A stretch of 61,583 nt of DNA, filler included, from Sphacelaria rigidula (GCA_964200075.2; 10 parts of 10 records of this genome joined end to end with filler, not necessarily neighbours in it); one strand, 5' to 3'. Positions 12,399 to 24,736 are shown, numbered from the whole stretch's first letter. The notes: generated from the sequence alone by a model not told the origin. Made by a program: numbers and translations.

Positions 12399-14096
12399 GA
12401 CTCTACTGAATGACTGAAACGTACATGCAGTAAGTTAGTTGACTGTGTGGTGTCACCAGCCGATACGAAAATGTTCTGATATTATAGACGTGCACAATGT
12501 GTGAGTTGCAGAGAATCACTTGCTTTGCCCGCGTTTGGGCAGACAGCCGTTTTCGTACAACGCCTATATCTACATATCGCAATTCATACTGCACTGCGAC
12601 ACAGGAGAGGGAGAGATTGCGAAGGGGAATGTTATGGCCGTGGTGTTGCGAAAAAGAACATCAAACATGGAGGTAGCGGCAGTCATGAAATGTAATTAAT
12701 ATATTGTTATGCCCGCAAGGGCAGATCCATGCAAACTCCTGGGTGCCAGGCGTGCGTGCCCACTTCACGTTCACCCCTTGCAAGACTTCCGGAATCTGCG
12801 GCACAGTTCCAGCGCCGGTACCCTCAGCGCTTTGATCTTCACTCCCTGCTTCTGCGGATATGTTCTTCTCTACTTGCTCCGACTTACCCCTACAGTACCA
12901 CCTACCGTTTCGGTACAACCGGCGCAGGCCGACGTTACCGGCAAACACATACGGTGCAGTACAGCAACTACTATCACCATCATCCAACGATCAGGGGGAT
13001 ACCACCCCTCATGAAATCGGGTAACCCTACCCCCTCCTCCAACCCCAAAATGAGGTTTGTGCAGCGAAAGAGGGGGTGGTGCATGGATTTCCCGATATGA
13101 GGCCCCTCGGTCCTTCCTAGAAATCTGAGAGCACACGATGTGCAAGAACCCAATCGAAACAAAACACGACGCGTCTTCTCTGTTTTATCTCTTCCCAGCG
13201 TCCACGCTCATTCTTGGAGTATTTTCAGGCTAACAGTCTTGACATTTTGGGGGAGGGTAAAAAGTAGTCGAAAATCTTGGAAACTGGGGACTAGGGGACT
13301 ACCGACACCGTAACCGTGCTGCATATGGACGCTATATATGCAGGGAGCTTGTGGAATAGAAGTTGCCCAGTCTGATGGTTTTATTATAGATTTCGTCCAG
13401 GAACTATCAGCTGACGGTGTTGTGGCCGATAAGTACCGTCAACTTATTTTGGTGTGGTCTTTCCCCTCGTCAACAGCTTGAAAAATCTTCGTACATGCAT
13501 CAAATTTTATCTTGCTCGCGCGAGTTCCGCTCATGTTTTCCATGCCTCACGCAATGTGCTCTGGACCCGTTTGGTGCACGCCTGAAGTTGGAAGAACCAC
13601 GGAATCCTGAATACGCGTGGCAACGACCGTTCCAGCCCCAAAACTGTCGGTTTCTTGATACTTTTCCTGTGCGTTCTCTCCACCAAGAAGCGATACCTAT
13701 CCGTGCCCAAATACAGTAACGGAATCATGGTCAGCCACTTACGGGAAACATACGCAAGACCTTCCGTGATGGGTGACCGCATGAGAGGCTCTCTGCCGCC
13801 TCACACGGTAAACGCCTCAGTGGACATCCCTGAAAGTGTAGAAGGTCGAAGGTTCGAAGCTCCGAATGAAGTCTGCAGGGTAGACCAGTATCGTGTCATA
13901 ACTGTTTTTTCGCTGGCTAACAAGAATGAACCTCCCAGTGTTCTAATTTAGGCATCTGCACAGTGCTCGACACGGGAGGGGTTAAACCCCGTCCGAGCAA
14001 CGGCACATTGTGAATCATTTTCAGAGTCAGATTGTTAGCATGGTGGCGTTTTTCACATTCCATATTCGCGTTTCGATGTGTGCGTGCATGTTGTAG

Positions 14097-15522
14097 GTGG
14101 CGGCTCTAGCGGCAGGAGTGTTGGAGCCGAACCAGTTGGCAGGCATCTCGGTCCCCGAAGATTCAGAAGATGTTGCCATGTCGGAAGATTCAAAAGATGA
14201 GGCGGAGGCTGAACAGAGCGATAGAGAGCCTGATGATGAAGAAAGTGACAGTGATGATTCGGAGTCCGAGTCGGATTCTGACAATGAAGAAAGAAAGGAG
14301 AATGCTGATGGAGGTGGTGATCCAGTTAAACTTGAACCCGAGGAGGCTCCAGGTAAGAGCGTTTCTGCGGACGAACGGAAAGGGGACAAGGAGTTTTGTG
14401 GCTACTGTCGCCGGAGCTGTGCTGTGCGGCTATTTCCATGCTGTCCATACAGGGCACCATGCTATATATGTACATGTCCATAGTTGGACTTTCATGTGGA
14501 TGCAGACGGCGAAAAAGCTCTGGCGCCTCACGCGGCGCGACACGATTCAAGCCGCGCGCTTAAACCTTCGTTTTTAATGGGCGACACGCCGCGTGCATGG
14601 TTTACTTTTTTATCCGTGATTCCACCACACACCACGCTATCGAATTGTGCTGGCCCCGGTGGTTTGTGTAACGGCTTGCTGTCATTTCTTTCCCTTCTTC
14701 CCTTTGACTCCAAGGGAGCCCTCTACAGTCATTCTCATATGACCGGCAATCTGGGCGTGAAGGGTCACGTTGTCATTAGTGTCAGGAACGTTGGGAGTAT
14801 TGGTTCACTGCAAGGGCATTCGTCCATCAAAATCAAGAGACGGAGTTGACGATTCGAAATTCTGCCACAACGAAAGTCTAACCGACTGCAACATTCCGCA
14901 AGCAAACATATCGAGATAGCTCTTGTGTTGACGTATTGCAGACTCTGCCCGCGATCGAGGATCAGGAAGATGATAAACCCAAATGTTGGTTTTCCTTCAA
15001 ATATATGACGAGTTTCTTCAAGAAATCGGGTCCACTTCAGAGCCGCAGGCTAGTTTCTCTGTAGCATGACCGAAAGGGAGATGATGCCATGATCTCGATG
15101 ACTCAGGCATTGATCCTCGGCCCGACATCACGTTTATTGATGGCGGTACGGGTCTCTATGATATTGTATGTATTCATTCACCAGCGGTGGAAGCGCCAAG
15201 CAGCGGGAGTGCAGTACCTATGGACCAAGACGCCACCGGAAACGAAGAAGAAGCCCAAAGGCTAAGCTCAGCCAACGGCGACGGGGATGCTATGGCGGTA
15301 GAAGAAGTTGCCGATGGAAGCGGGGGGAAGGATGATGCCGAGGCAGCAGCGACTGGGATGGCGACAGAGGTAGTTGGGGAGGGTGCAGGGGCGGCTAGCG
15401 GTGGCGCCGGGGCAGCTGGTGGGGGTGCTGGGGCATCTGCCATTCCTGCAGAGGAGGGGACCGGGGGAGCGAGCGATGACGACGGAGACTATTGTAGCTC
15501 GGGTAGCAGCGATGGCGTGTGA
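14097..15522 (+). CDS. Last two exons (14097-14352 and 15185-15522) of an acidic, Gly/Ala-rich protein
   Basis: TTGTAG| acceptor and CAG|GTAAG donor. The phase-1 join to the CACCAG| acceptor keeps the D/E-rich frame open to TGA at 15520-15522. Confidence 0.65.
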
Positions 15523-16009
15523 GCGCTTAAGAAGCTAGGCACTTGCTCCTTGATCTGGAAAGGTCGTTGATTTGGCTTCACCACGGCAGGATTCAAATAT
15601 GTCGGCACATATAGTTGATGCTGATTATGCTGATGCTGACGAATAATAGATGGTTAAATGCTCCCCCTCCTGGTTGAGTGTGTGTGTATGTGTGTGTGTT
15701 TTGTGTCTCGTCCGGGAATGGAAAACGCCACTTCACGTACTTGACTCTATCATTGAGTTCTCCCCTTTGCGTGCCTTATTGCCTTGCTGCACGCGCTGCC
15801 GCCGTGCCTCGCATTCCCCTCCCTACGTTTGGGTGGCTCATCTGTCTCGGTCTATCGTGGCGTCTATGGTGGTGTCGCCAACAGGATGCCGCTTTCCGTA
15901 AGGACGAAGAGAAGGAAGTGAGTTTCATGAGGTCGTGCGTGCTCTATCCACTGCGTATGCTCCGTCCTACTAAACTAAGTCCAACTATGAAACTGTCGTA
16001 GATAATTAT

Positions 16010-16405
16010 TGGGGATTGTCGCCCCCCTGTGGCAAAGCAATAGAAAGCAGAAGTTACATAGTTGTAGAGTGTGAATTGTACAAGGAGGAACGGGACGTGC
16101 TAGAGTGGGAAATGCGAGACGTGAACGAAGATGGCATGAAATCGTTTGATGCATTAGACGGTAGGGAGAAAACGATGGCTATACAAGGAGATGAATGGTG
16201 GCGACAGACGGCGAATCAGGAAGGGTATAAGATATGTATAAGGGTTTTTGTGTAATGTATGGGAGAAACGCAATGAGCGCCGGAATGTTGAAGGTGTCTC
16301 TAATTGGAGTAGGAACGGTGCTCCGTCTCGAAAGGGATGCGTGGTGAACGGTCAAACGACTAAGGTAATCAACAAATGAGTACGCCCCCCTCCCCCCTCC
16401 CTCCC
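16010..16405 (+). mobile_element. LINE 3' end (degenerate ORF2 C-terminus plus C-rich tail)
   Basis: PCGKAIESRSYIVVECELYKEER (C..H....C zinc-knuckle-like) ... GAPSRKGCVVNGQTTKVINK* followed by GTACGCCCCCC. Homologous to 24238-24575, 16800-16912 and 55517-55615. Confidence 0.8.
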
Positions 16406-17520
16406 CGATTTTACTCCTTATTCTTTTCCCGTTCGCTGAATTTGTTTCTTTAATCTCTCCTGTTCCTCAAGTTTCCTCCCCCTGCATTGTACGTTGTGGT
16501 GGTGGAGCTCAGAGTGTACGGAAACCAATGTCAGTTTCGCCGTCTTCATGCCTGATGTCAGCTTTAATTTTCCTTGGCAGCCTTTCACTACGGGTGTTGT
16601 CATCTTGGCTCGCCTTGGCCGTCGAGCACGCACAGCGCATACACACAGTGGCGTGCTCGACTTATGACCATTCCGTCAGTCGTTCCAATGAACTCCCATG
16701 GCGTCGACCGCCACTTGTTAGTAGTGTCCTCCTCCTCATGTCTTTTCATGACCATGTTATAGATGATGTATCGAGCTTCGAGCCCTTCTCCCCGTTCATG
16801 TGTAAGGTATGGCAGAAATGTAGTAGGCGCTTAAATGTTGGAGGTGTCTCTATTAGAAGTAGGAGTGGCGCTACGAAAGGCGAGCAACAAATGAGTGTGT
16901 GTCCCCGCCCCCATTGTCCATTTCCCTACGGTAGTATCTGTGACGCCTGTCTGACAGTTTCGTGGTACTGATGCGTTCTCTTGCGCACGTGCACCGCCTG
17001 TTCTCTCACGCGGAGCTCTGCCAACACAAGATAAATCTAGAGCCCCGGACACAATCTTAACAGCACACAGCTTGAGCACAACATCAACACGATCGTGTGA
17101 ACCCTTTCAAAACACATGAAAAGCCACACATCACACGTCGACATCTTGTTCGCCGTGCGATTTTCAGGAAAGTCCCAATGTTTCCGTCCACCGGGCCGAT
17201 GGCTATGCCTCCCCTGGGCGACATCTCCGACGGGGAAGAGGAAGAGGGTCTCGACGCTGGCATTCCCATGACGAAGAACGAGGTGGGTGCCCCCTGGGGT
17301 TGTCGCTTGTCCTGTGCCACACTGGAAAATGCAAGGTTGTGTTCCGTACGGTATGCCGCTCGGAATTTGGGTGTTTCTGGAAGTATTTAAGAGGTAGATT
17401 ATCGGTGAATACTCTTCCGGACCATACGTTCCCTGACGGACTTTAGTGGAATGTTAGGTACACATTTCGCTGTGGGTTAGCATGCCAACCAAATTTTTCC
17501 CAAACCCGGGTACATATCTT

Positions 17521-17854
17521 CAAGGGTAGGTCGAGTAGAGTATGTACTTTTGAGTACTCGAGTAAAATACTCAAGTATGTACTCTACTCGACGTTTGAGT
17601 AGGTCGAGTACGGCCTCAAATACTCGACTCAAATTTTGAGTACGTCGAGTACGACCTCAAATACTCTACTCAAATATGGAGGAAGCACTCTCAGCAATAC
17701 TCGAGTATAGAGTATAGCTTGAGTATGGCCTCAATACTCTGCTCAATTTTTGAGTAGATCGAGTACGACCTCAAATACTCTACTTGAATATTGAGTGAGC
17801 ACTCTCAGTAATACTTGAGTATAGAGTACCCCTTGGGTACGGTGAGTACCCCTG
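17521..17854. repeat. GAGTA/TACTC-rich palindromic repeat element, possibly a hAT-like non-autonomous transposon
   Basis: Dense direct and inverted GAGTA(C) motifs, a long imperfect palindrome at about 17530-17593, an internal duplication of about 116 bp, and ends CAAGGGTA ... TACCCCTG. Confidence 0.6.
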
Positions 17855-18509
17855 ACCGTCGGCGACTTAGTGACGTCACGTTACAGACTGTGTTGAATGC
17901 ATGGGCGAACGATGGCCATAAACAAATAAAAAAAGTGTGCAGGTGAATGAACCTAAACTGTACCTGCCCCAGCGCCCCATCTCACCAGCCCCCACCCACG
18001 GCAGTTCAAACTTGATACCTCGCAAAGCCTTCGATATTACTTTCAGTACAGAGCGCTACTCATCAATATTGAGTAATCGGATAGACGAGTAGTCGAGTAG
18101 GTATTATCAAAATGAGCGACTCTATTGGCCGACGATTTTTGTTTAAGTGAATCGGCATCATTTTCAGTCATCGTCAAGTCAAAATGATGCTGATTCACTT
18201 GAACAAAAATGAAACCGTCAGTGGGTTCCAGAACGGCACGCTTTCAGAACGAAAGTCCCTCAACGTACATCGACTCTAAGTTCTCTACACCATGAGCTCG
18301 GCCAATCATGTGACTCCTCCATGGGAGAGTCAGCGGTGGAAACAATGCAAGACGGGAAAACATCGCAACAGTCGCCAGAGGAAGGAAGACGTTGAAGTTA
18401 TAGGTTTNNNNNNNNNNNNNNNNNNNNNNNNNNNNNNNNNNNNNNNNNNNNTTAATTAATTAANNNNNNNNNNNNNNNNNNNNNNNNNNNNNNNNNNNNN
18501 NNNNNNNCT

Positions 18510-18748
18510 ATGTCGTGGGTACACAAAATTCGACTTAACGGTCGACGAGGGAAAGGGACTGCTGAACCCCTCTCGCGATAAAAAAAGGCAAGCACCGCAG
18601 AAGGAAGGTGGGGTACTAAAAACAAATAAAAAAAGAAGCTTTTGTGTTGACCTACCTCCTGTGTGACCCCGGCTGATGCGCCCACATATACCGAAAAGTG
18701 TAGACTGACGTCCAGAATAGATGGGACGACAACACAACACACAACACA
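18510..18748 (+). mobile_element. SINE body and tail adjoining a LINE fragment
   Basis: Closely similar to 42078-42312, ending GATGGGACGACAACACAACACAC. Confidence 0.85.
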
Positions 18749-18751
18749 TCC

Positions 18752-19085
18752 CAATAACAGTTTTTTGAGATCTCTACGCCAAGTTATGTATACTGGTCTA
18801 TAATCGGCAGTTCCTCTTCCCCCCATTTCCATTTGAAACAGATCGGGTTTCCCTTACCACGGTTACATACAAGTACTGCGCATTTGTTTACATTCGCTGC
18901 CACTCTCCATTTCGTGGTGTATTCTGTGCTTGTTTCTGCACTCATTCTGTCGTTTTTGATCTCCCCACGAACATCATCCACGAAGATCATTTCCGAAACC
19001 CCATCTTCCCCTACCCTGACTCCTTGCTTTACTGCTTCTATTGCTATTGTCATGTCATGAATGAACACCTTGTGCAACTCCTTGT
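18752..19085 (-). pseudogene. Non-LTR (LINE) reverse transcriptase fragment
   Basis: KVFIHDM...SEMIFVDD (degenerate F/YADD) ... KWRVAANVNKC ... LPIIDQYT*LGV, matching RT motifs 4-7, with a stop and a deletion. Confidence 0.85.
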
Positions 19086-19410
19086 AAGATATACAAATAT
19101 TTCGATATTTCCCCGTCTAGCCTCACGGCACTTTTGGCACATTCTGTCATCTTCTTCACCATTCTCCACATCTTTCCTCTGATCCCATTTTCTCACGTCT
19201 TTTTCCACAGCCCTTTTCTCCATACTATCTTGGCTTTGTATTCCCCAATCATTGCTGCTTGCCGTTTCCTTGAACAGCTCTAACGACGTACGCACATATC
19301 CCCAAGTAAAAAAATTGACAAGAAAAAAACCCTCAAGGAGAACTGGAGAAGGCAGAGCAGAACGAATAGTGGAATTGAAAGAAGTAAGATATATATATAT
19401 ATATATATAT

Positions 19411-20240
19411 ACAAGCCGCAGGGGACCCGGGGCTGCGCCGCGGTCCCGTCCGTCTTTTACGAGGGTCTCGGTATTTTTGCCTTGTCAAGCCCTCGTGAGA
19501 ATAGATCCTTTCTCAAAATGTTCATGCCCGCCGGGAACAGTGCAGGACCACCGCGATCGCCCGTCCGTTCGAACGGTCGAGAACACATGTGTATCCCCGC
19601 ACGAAGTAAAGCACGAATCCGCTAACCGGGCCCCTAACATCGACATTGGCCCGAACAGTCATCTCCCGGGGCGGGTGTGGACAAACTTGCACACTAAAAA
19701 TCAGCAATATATCTCGTGGACGCCTTTCTGCAAAGTATGCTTCACGCTCGTGAGTTCGAAATATTCTACATTTATACCACATGTACATGTATCATTTCAC
19801 ATTTTTCACCACTTTTGCCGAGTTTTCTCCGGCGGCAAGGCATCTTATACCGCGCTTTCTTTTGCAGTGCACGAAGAAGGTGCAGCGGTACATCACCTGT
19901 GAGGTTTAGGTATCATGTGATACCTGTTGTGCGTGTTGTGGCCATCGAAAGTCGCCCGCACTGGCTCTTTTTCGCGGGGTGTCGATCCCGAACCACAAAA
20001 GCCTTATCAAGTTCGTGGAAAACTTCATACAGGAACACGAACCACGAAAGCCTGTTCATGGCGGGTTATTTCTTCACCGTGATTCTCTTCGTGTCGTCGC
20101 CGATTTGGGTGCACGAAGACAGCGGTTATGCAGCGAATGTCACGAGGACATGAGAGCAGAGCAGTTGAAAACAATTGAACATTACCTTGGCCTTCGTCAG
20201 CAACAATCACAAGTCGAATGATCTGAGATCCTCTGTATTA
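19411..20240 (-). mobile_element. Interspersed repeat with a Helitron-like 3' end
   Basis: The minus strand ends in a GC hairpin plus CTTGT abutting (TA)n. The segment 19800-20220 is homologous to 57798-58250 on another contig. Confidence 0.5.
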
Positions 20241-20345
20241 TTCAGTTTTGACGTGAAGCCTCTAATACCGTCTTATATGTACGTCATGTGGGTCCCAGTT
20301 GTGCGAACTCAACAGTCCACAAAAGCATGTTGAAGATTATCCATA

Positions 20346-20468
20346 GAGGTATCTCAAACTCGGCTCAGGTCCTCCTATGAATCGCAATCACTTTCACTTA
20401 AAAAAATAGTACACAACTCAGAGCCAGCGAATAAACCAGGAAACCGGGAGCCGAGTTTGAGATACCTC
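20346..20468. mobile_element. MITE with GAGGTATCTCAAACTCGGCTC TIRs
   Basis: Perfect 21-bp TIRs. A second copy lies at 44801-44999. Confidence 0.85.
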
Positions 20469-20504
20469 GAATAAGAATATGTTGAAACAGGATAACGGTG
20501 TTAA

Positions 20505-20606
20505 CCCTTTGACCGCGAGGGCAGGTCACCTGCTGAATCGGCATGAATATTTACTTGAAAAGAGTATGCGTGATCTAGATGGAGTACCAGCACCGCGGTC
20601 CAAGGG
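20505..20606. mobile_element. piggyBac-like MITE
   Basis: TTAA|CCCTTTGACCGCG ... CGCGGTCCAAGGG|TTGA. Confidence 0.75.
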
Positions 20607-20732
20607 TTGAAACCGTAGTCATGCGAACCCAACAGTCGTTATCGTTCTACGTTAAGCGAAACTCACGGGTCCTGTCCATAGGAAACTTCTTACCACGAGG
20701 AAAGTTCCTTGGGTGTCGGCCAGACTGCTATT

Positions 20733-21014
20733 AACAACGTTTTCGTGAGATTGAGAGTTGCTTTGATCATTCGCTTCAACTTTGCCAATTTTTCAATCCG
20801 TGCGTTCTTTTATTTGTCTTTACCACTGGTGTGTGCTTCCAGCTACACGTCGATATCCTACTCAGGGATATCAAGGGCTTCAGTGGCAAGCTACTACAGG
20901 AAGCATATCGGGTCTCGTGGAGGTGCATTTCGGAACTGAAACGATTCATTCACTAATTGACCGCCTTTCGCTCTCAATCGTAACCTCTACTCTCAATCTC
21001 ACGAAAATATTGTT
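20733..21014. mobile_element. MITE with AACA termini (family A)
   Basis: 26-bp TIRs AACAACGTTTTCGTGAGATTGAGAGT / ACTCTCAATCTCACGAAAATATTGTT, flanked by TATT/TACT. Related ends at 30680, 36846 and 50611. Confidence 0.8.
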
Positions 21015-21299
21015 TACTGTAGGAGATTTTATTGAACTGTCTGGATACCTTGGTAGCCACGGTAATATGAGGAAGTCCTGCATGCGGAGCTACACCATTT
21101 GTGCATGGATCAGTCATAAGAACTGCTACATATCCATCGACAGAGCACTCTGCTGTATTAGAGACCGCCTGGGAACAGGTGAGCTAGACATGGTCCTGTG
21201 TACAGGGCTGCACCTACCGTGCTATCAATATACGGAAAAAGAGCTTGAGTCTCGTGAAACAATAGTTACTTAATGTCCTCCATGCGGGGCTACACCATC

Positions 21300-21630
21300 C
21301 GACGCATCCCAATACTTCAGGAAGTTGCTCCCGTTATCATCTATTCTCGGCACGAGAGCTACTTGGCACTCTGCCGCCGACCTCAGTCCGACTTATTATT
21401 TTTCCAACAGACGTATATCCGAGTGTTCCACGCATTACAATATTTCGGGAAGTTGCTCTCGTGTAGCAAAAGAGGGCTACTTGGCACTCTGGCACCTCGG
21501 GAATACCTCACATGTTGTACGCTGGCGATTAAGCCGTGGTCAGGTCCTCCTATGACCTCTGTTAACCATATATTTTCGACTCGCGTCACCCGCGGGAGGC
21601 CCGTACCAAGCTCCCGAAGGGAAACCTTGT
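21300..21630 (+). mobile_element. Interspersed repeat with a Helitron-like 3' end
   Basis: Shares GCTACTT.GCACTCTGGCACCTCGGGAATACC.CACAT with 58760-58880. Ends in the hairpin TCCCGAAGGGA plus CTTGT next to a TA-rich run. Confidence 0.5.
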
Positions 21631-21929
21631 ATTTACATATATATATATATATACATATATATATTTTCGGCCCTTTGTTTTCTACGACTGGGTATGAGTG
21701 TGGTTCTGCGCCGGACTTTACACACCGAGGTCATGTAGCAGAGGCCGGCCATTTCTTTTCTTTTCTTTATTTCTTCATTCATTCTTCATTTTTTTTCTTT
21801 CTTAGTCTACTCCGTTTTGTTTTACCTTTTCTGTTTCTTCTTTCTTCTTCAGCGTGTGTTTTACTTTTGTTTGTCTCGGGCACGCCTGTCATGTGACGAC
21901 GGCTGGACCCCTGGGGGGTCAGTTCAAGT

Positions 21930-22100
21930 GTTGTGTGTATGTGTTGTCATCCCATCCCATCTATTCTGGACGCCAGCCTACATCTTGGGTAGACGTGGGC
22001 GTTTCAGCCGGGGTCACACAGGAGGAAGGCCGAGACAGGAGTTTTGTCTTTTTTTTTTTTTTACGAGTATTTGTTTTGGCTCTCCACCTTCTTTCTGCGG
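21930..22100 (-). mobile_element. SINE 3' half
   Basis: CCCATCTATTCTGGACGCCAG ... CCGGGGTCACACAGGAGGAAGG ... CCTTCTTTCTGCGG. Confidence 0.8.
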
Positions 22101-22689
22101 TTCTTAAAGTACGACAATCAATCAATGAATCAAATAGTCAATACCAGTATACGTATATACATGTGACAATAGACGCCAAGCGAAAGAGCTACGGTAAGTG
22201 TCGTTCCCGAGAAAGAAAAAGGGGGAAAAAACCCCGATAACCTCTACTCCCGCCCAGCCAGGGCTTGAGGTCAGGAGGCCGTCACAACAATCAAGGCCGT
22301 GGAAACAGGTTGCAACTCAGCGAGGTATCTGTGGGGCTCCGCACCATCAGAGCAGGTACTAAAAGCCCCCCAGCCGCCAACTCCGTAGATGCGCGAGGGA
22401 GAAGCCGACGCCAAAATTCGGCAAGCGCGGACAGAGCGTTCCCTTTTAAAAACGAACGCCTACTGTGCTGCGCTGTTTTATCGCAGGTCATTCAGCAAAC
22501 ATTGGTTGCACGCGGGCCCAGGCGGTCGGCGTCTTCCCCTCCTCCGGCTGACGGAGGTTCTTCTCGAGGAGGTCGGTCCGTAGAGACGGCGGCACAAAGA
22601 ACGGAGCGTCAATGCCTAGCGATGCTCACGGATGTGGTGTTTAAAAACAAGCTGGTGGTGGGAGACAAGAAAAGCAGGTGCGTAGATTC

Positions 22690-22690
22690 G

Positions 22691-22755
<65 letters not shown>

Positions 22756-22762
22756 GCTGTTG
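22690..22762. repeat. (GTT)n microsatellite
   Basis: About 22 trinucleotide units. It produces the spurious poly-Leu in ORF 22265..22858. Confidence 0.95.
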
Positions 22763-24237
22763 TCTCGACATAAAAAAACCGTTCCGATATCATCTGCACA
22801 GTACTTCTATTTTCGTACTGGGCATCCGATACGGACGCCTTCCGTGATCACAGACTAACTGTCCAAAATACGGTATATGAGGAAATCAAAGAATACATCA
22901 AAATAGGATGCTGCAAAGTTAACCGACGCAATACAAATGAGAACAAAAATAGAGTATGCGTTCATAGATGTGTTTTCTCGTCACACTGTCAACCCCTGCC
23001 CCCGCTCTCGACGACTCTGTGGTGTCAAGGGTTCAATCCATCTCTCCGTTGAAAGACGCCTCTCACCGCGTAAGCTAGGCAACCGGGTTACCGTTTTATT
23101 CCCGCATGCGTTTTTATTGCGGTAACCGTGAGGGTGGTCGAGCTACTGTAGATCATTTTGTTCGGGTGGGAGAGCCCGAATTCCGCCCAAAGGGGATGGT
23201 CATACCACGTAGTGTTTGAATGATGAGACATCCATGAGGCAGTGTGTAGCCCATGGCTGTTTCTGGAAGTGGCGATACCAGAAAATGAAGCAACGCAGTG
23301 TAGGCTGTCATCCATATGCAACATGATCAACACGCTTCGGGCCCAACAATCTTAGTAGGATTCAGCTCACCCTCCATGCGACTCGTCAAACACATCACGG
23401 CGCTTCGCGCTTGGTGATTATTACGAGCCTGGTCCGGCAAAAACTCGGCGTGCTCCGTCCCGCCCTTGTAGGGATGTGAGGTCGATGGTCATCTGACTAT
23501 GGAATACAAGATCTTGAGTACCCCCCCCCCCTCCCCTGGTCTGATGACTATGGCATGCATGATCATGAGTACACCCCCCAGTTATATTTTCGTATAGAGT
23601 ATATGAAACTTGATGTATGTGTACGAATACCCTTGTTGAAAAATAGTAGGCCTCGGAAAAATTGCCCTTTTTTTCTTCCTCCCGGAGGCCCTGTGAGTTC
23701 TGAGCGTTCTTCCGAACTCTAAGTTTTGTGAGAAAATCGGATCTTTCAAGGGAAAACCACGGATCTTTCGAGGGAAAACAACGGATCTTTTGAGGGAAAA
23801 CAACGGCTGTACTCGTAGGACCGTTGATTGTTGCTTCAATCTCTCGACGGAATTGTCCATCTGGTGTCGAAGTATTTTTCAATTTGCATATCTGAAGCGT
23901 TGGGGACGGCGATCTTCGCCTCACGCTCCTCCTGCTCACCCACCCCCGCACTTCTCCCTTGATTGGGGATGGGGAGGGGGGGTCCATCTCCTTGCTTTTA
24001 TCTGTTTCTCTCCTTGTTTTTCCCATCGTTTTCCGTGAGAAAATGGTTCAAGTACCATCATACATACCATTCGAACAGATTTTGTTTTTTTCATTCAAGA
24101 GGCAAAAACAAAAAGAAGGAAAACACGGACGTGTGTTTGCGACTATCTATATATTCATGTATGCGTGTGTGTTGGACCATCATATATGAGTGGATAGTGA
24201 CAACGTGGGAAGCAGTGGGGAAACGTCGTATCTTGGA

Positions 24238-24575
24238 GGGGGCGGTGTACTCATGATCTTGCATGCATTGGAGGGGGTGGGGGGGGGGCGTACTTATTTG
24301 TTCCTTGCCTTGGTCATTTGACCATTGACCACGCATCCCTTTCGAGACGGAGCACCGTTCCTACTCCTAATAGAGACCCCTTCAACGTTTAGATGCTCCT
24401 CACGTTTCTCCCATACATTGCACAAATGCCTTTTACATATCTTATCCCCGTTTTGTTTCGCCGTCTGTGGCCACCATCTATCTCCTAGTACAACCATCGT
24501 TTTCTCCCTACTGTCTAACGCATCAAACGATTCCATCCCACCTTCGTTCACGCCCCGCACTTTCCCCTCTAGCAC
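24238..24575 (-). mobile_element. LINE 3' end with a reiterated tail
   Basis: GGMESFDALDSREKTMVVLGDRWWPQTAK ... GAPSRKGCVVNGQMTKARNK* followed by two GTAC+C-run units. Confidence 0.85.
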
Positions 24576-24736
24576 NNNNNNNNNNNNNNNNNNNNNNNNN
24601 NNNNNNNNNNNNNNNNNNNTTAATTAATTAANNNNNNNNNNNNNNNNNNNNNNNNNNNNNNNNNNNNNNNNNNNNAGCACTGTTTTAGGCTTGAACCTCA
24701 TCTCGGAGTTCAACCTCAATTCGCACAAGTTGTTGT

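Noticed and set aside
17530..17850. CRISPR-like array
   Set aside because: There is no constant repeat with unique spacers, no cas genes, and the context is eukaryotic.
22265..22858. 197-aa ORF with poly-Leu
   Set aside because: The poly-Leu derives from a (GTT)n microsatellite and no domain is recognisable.
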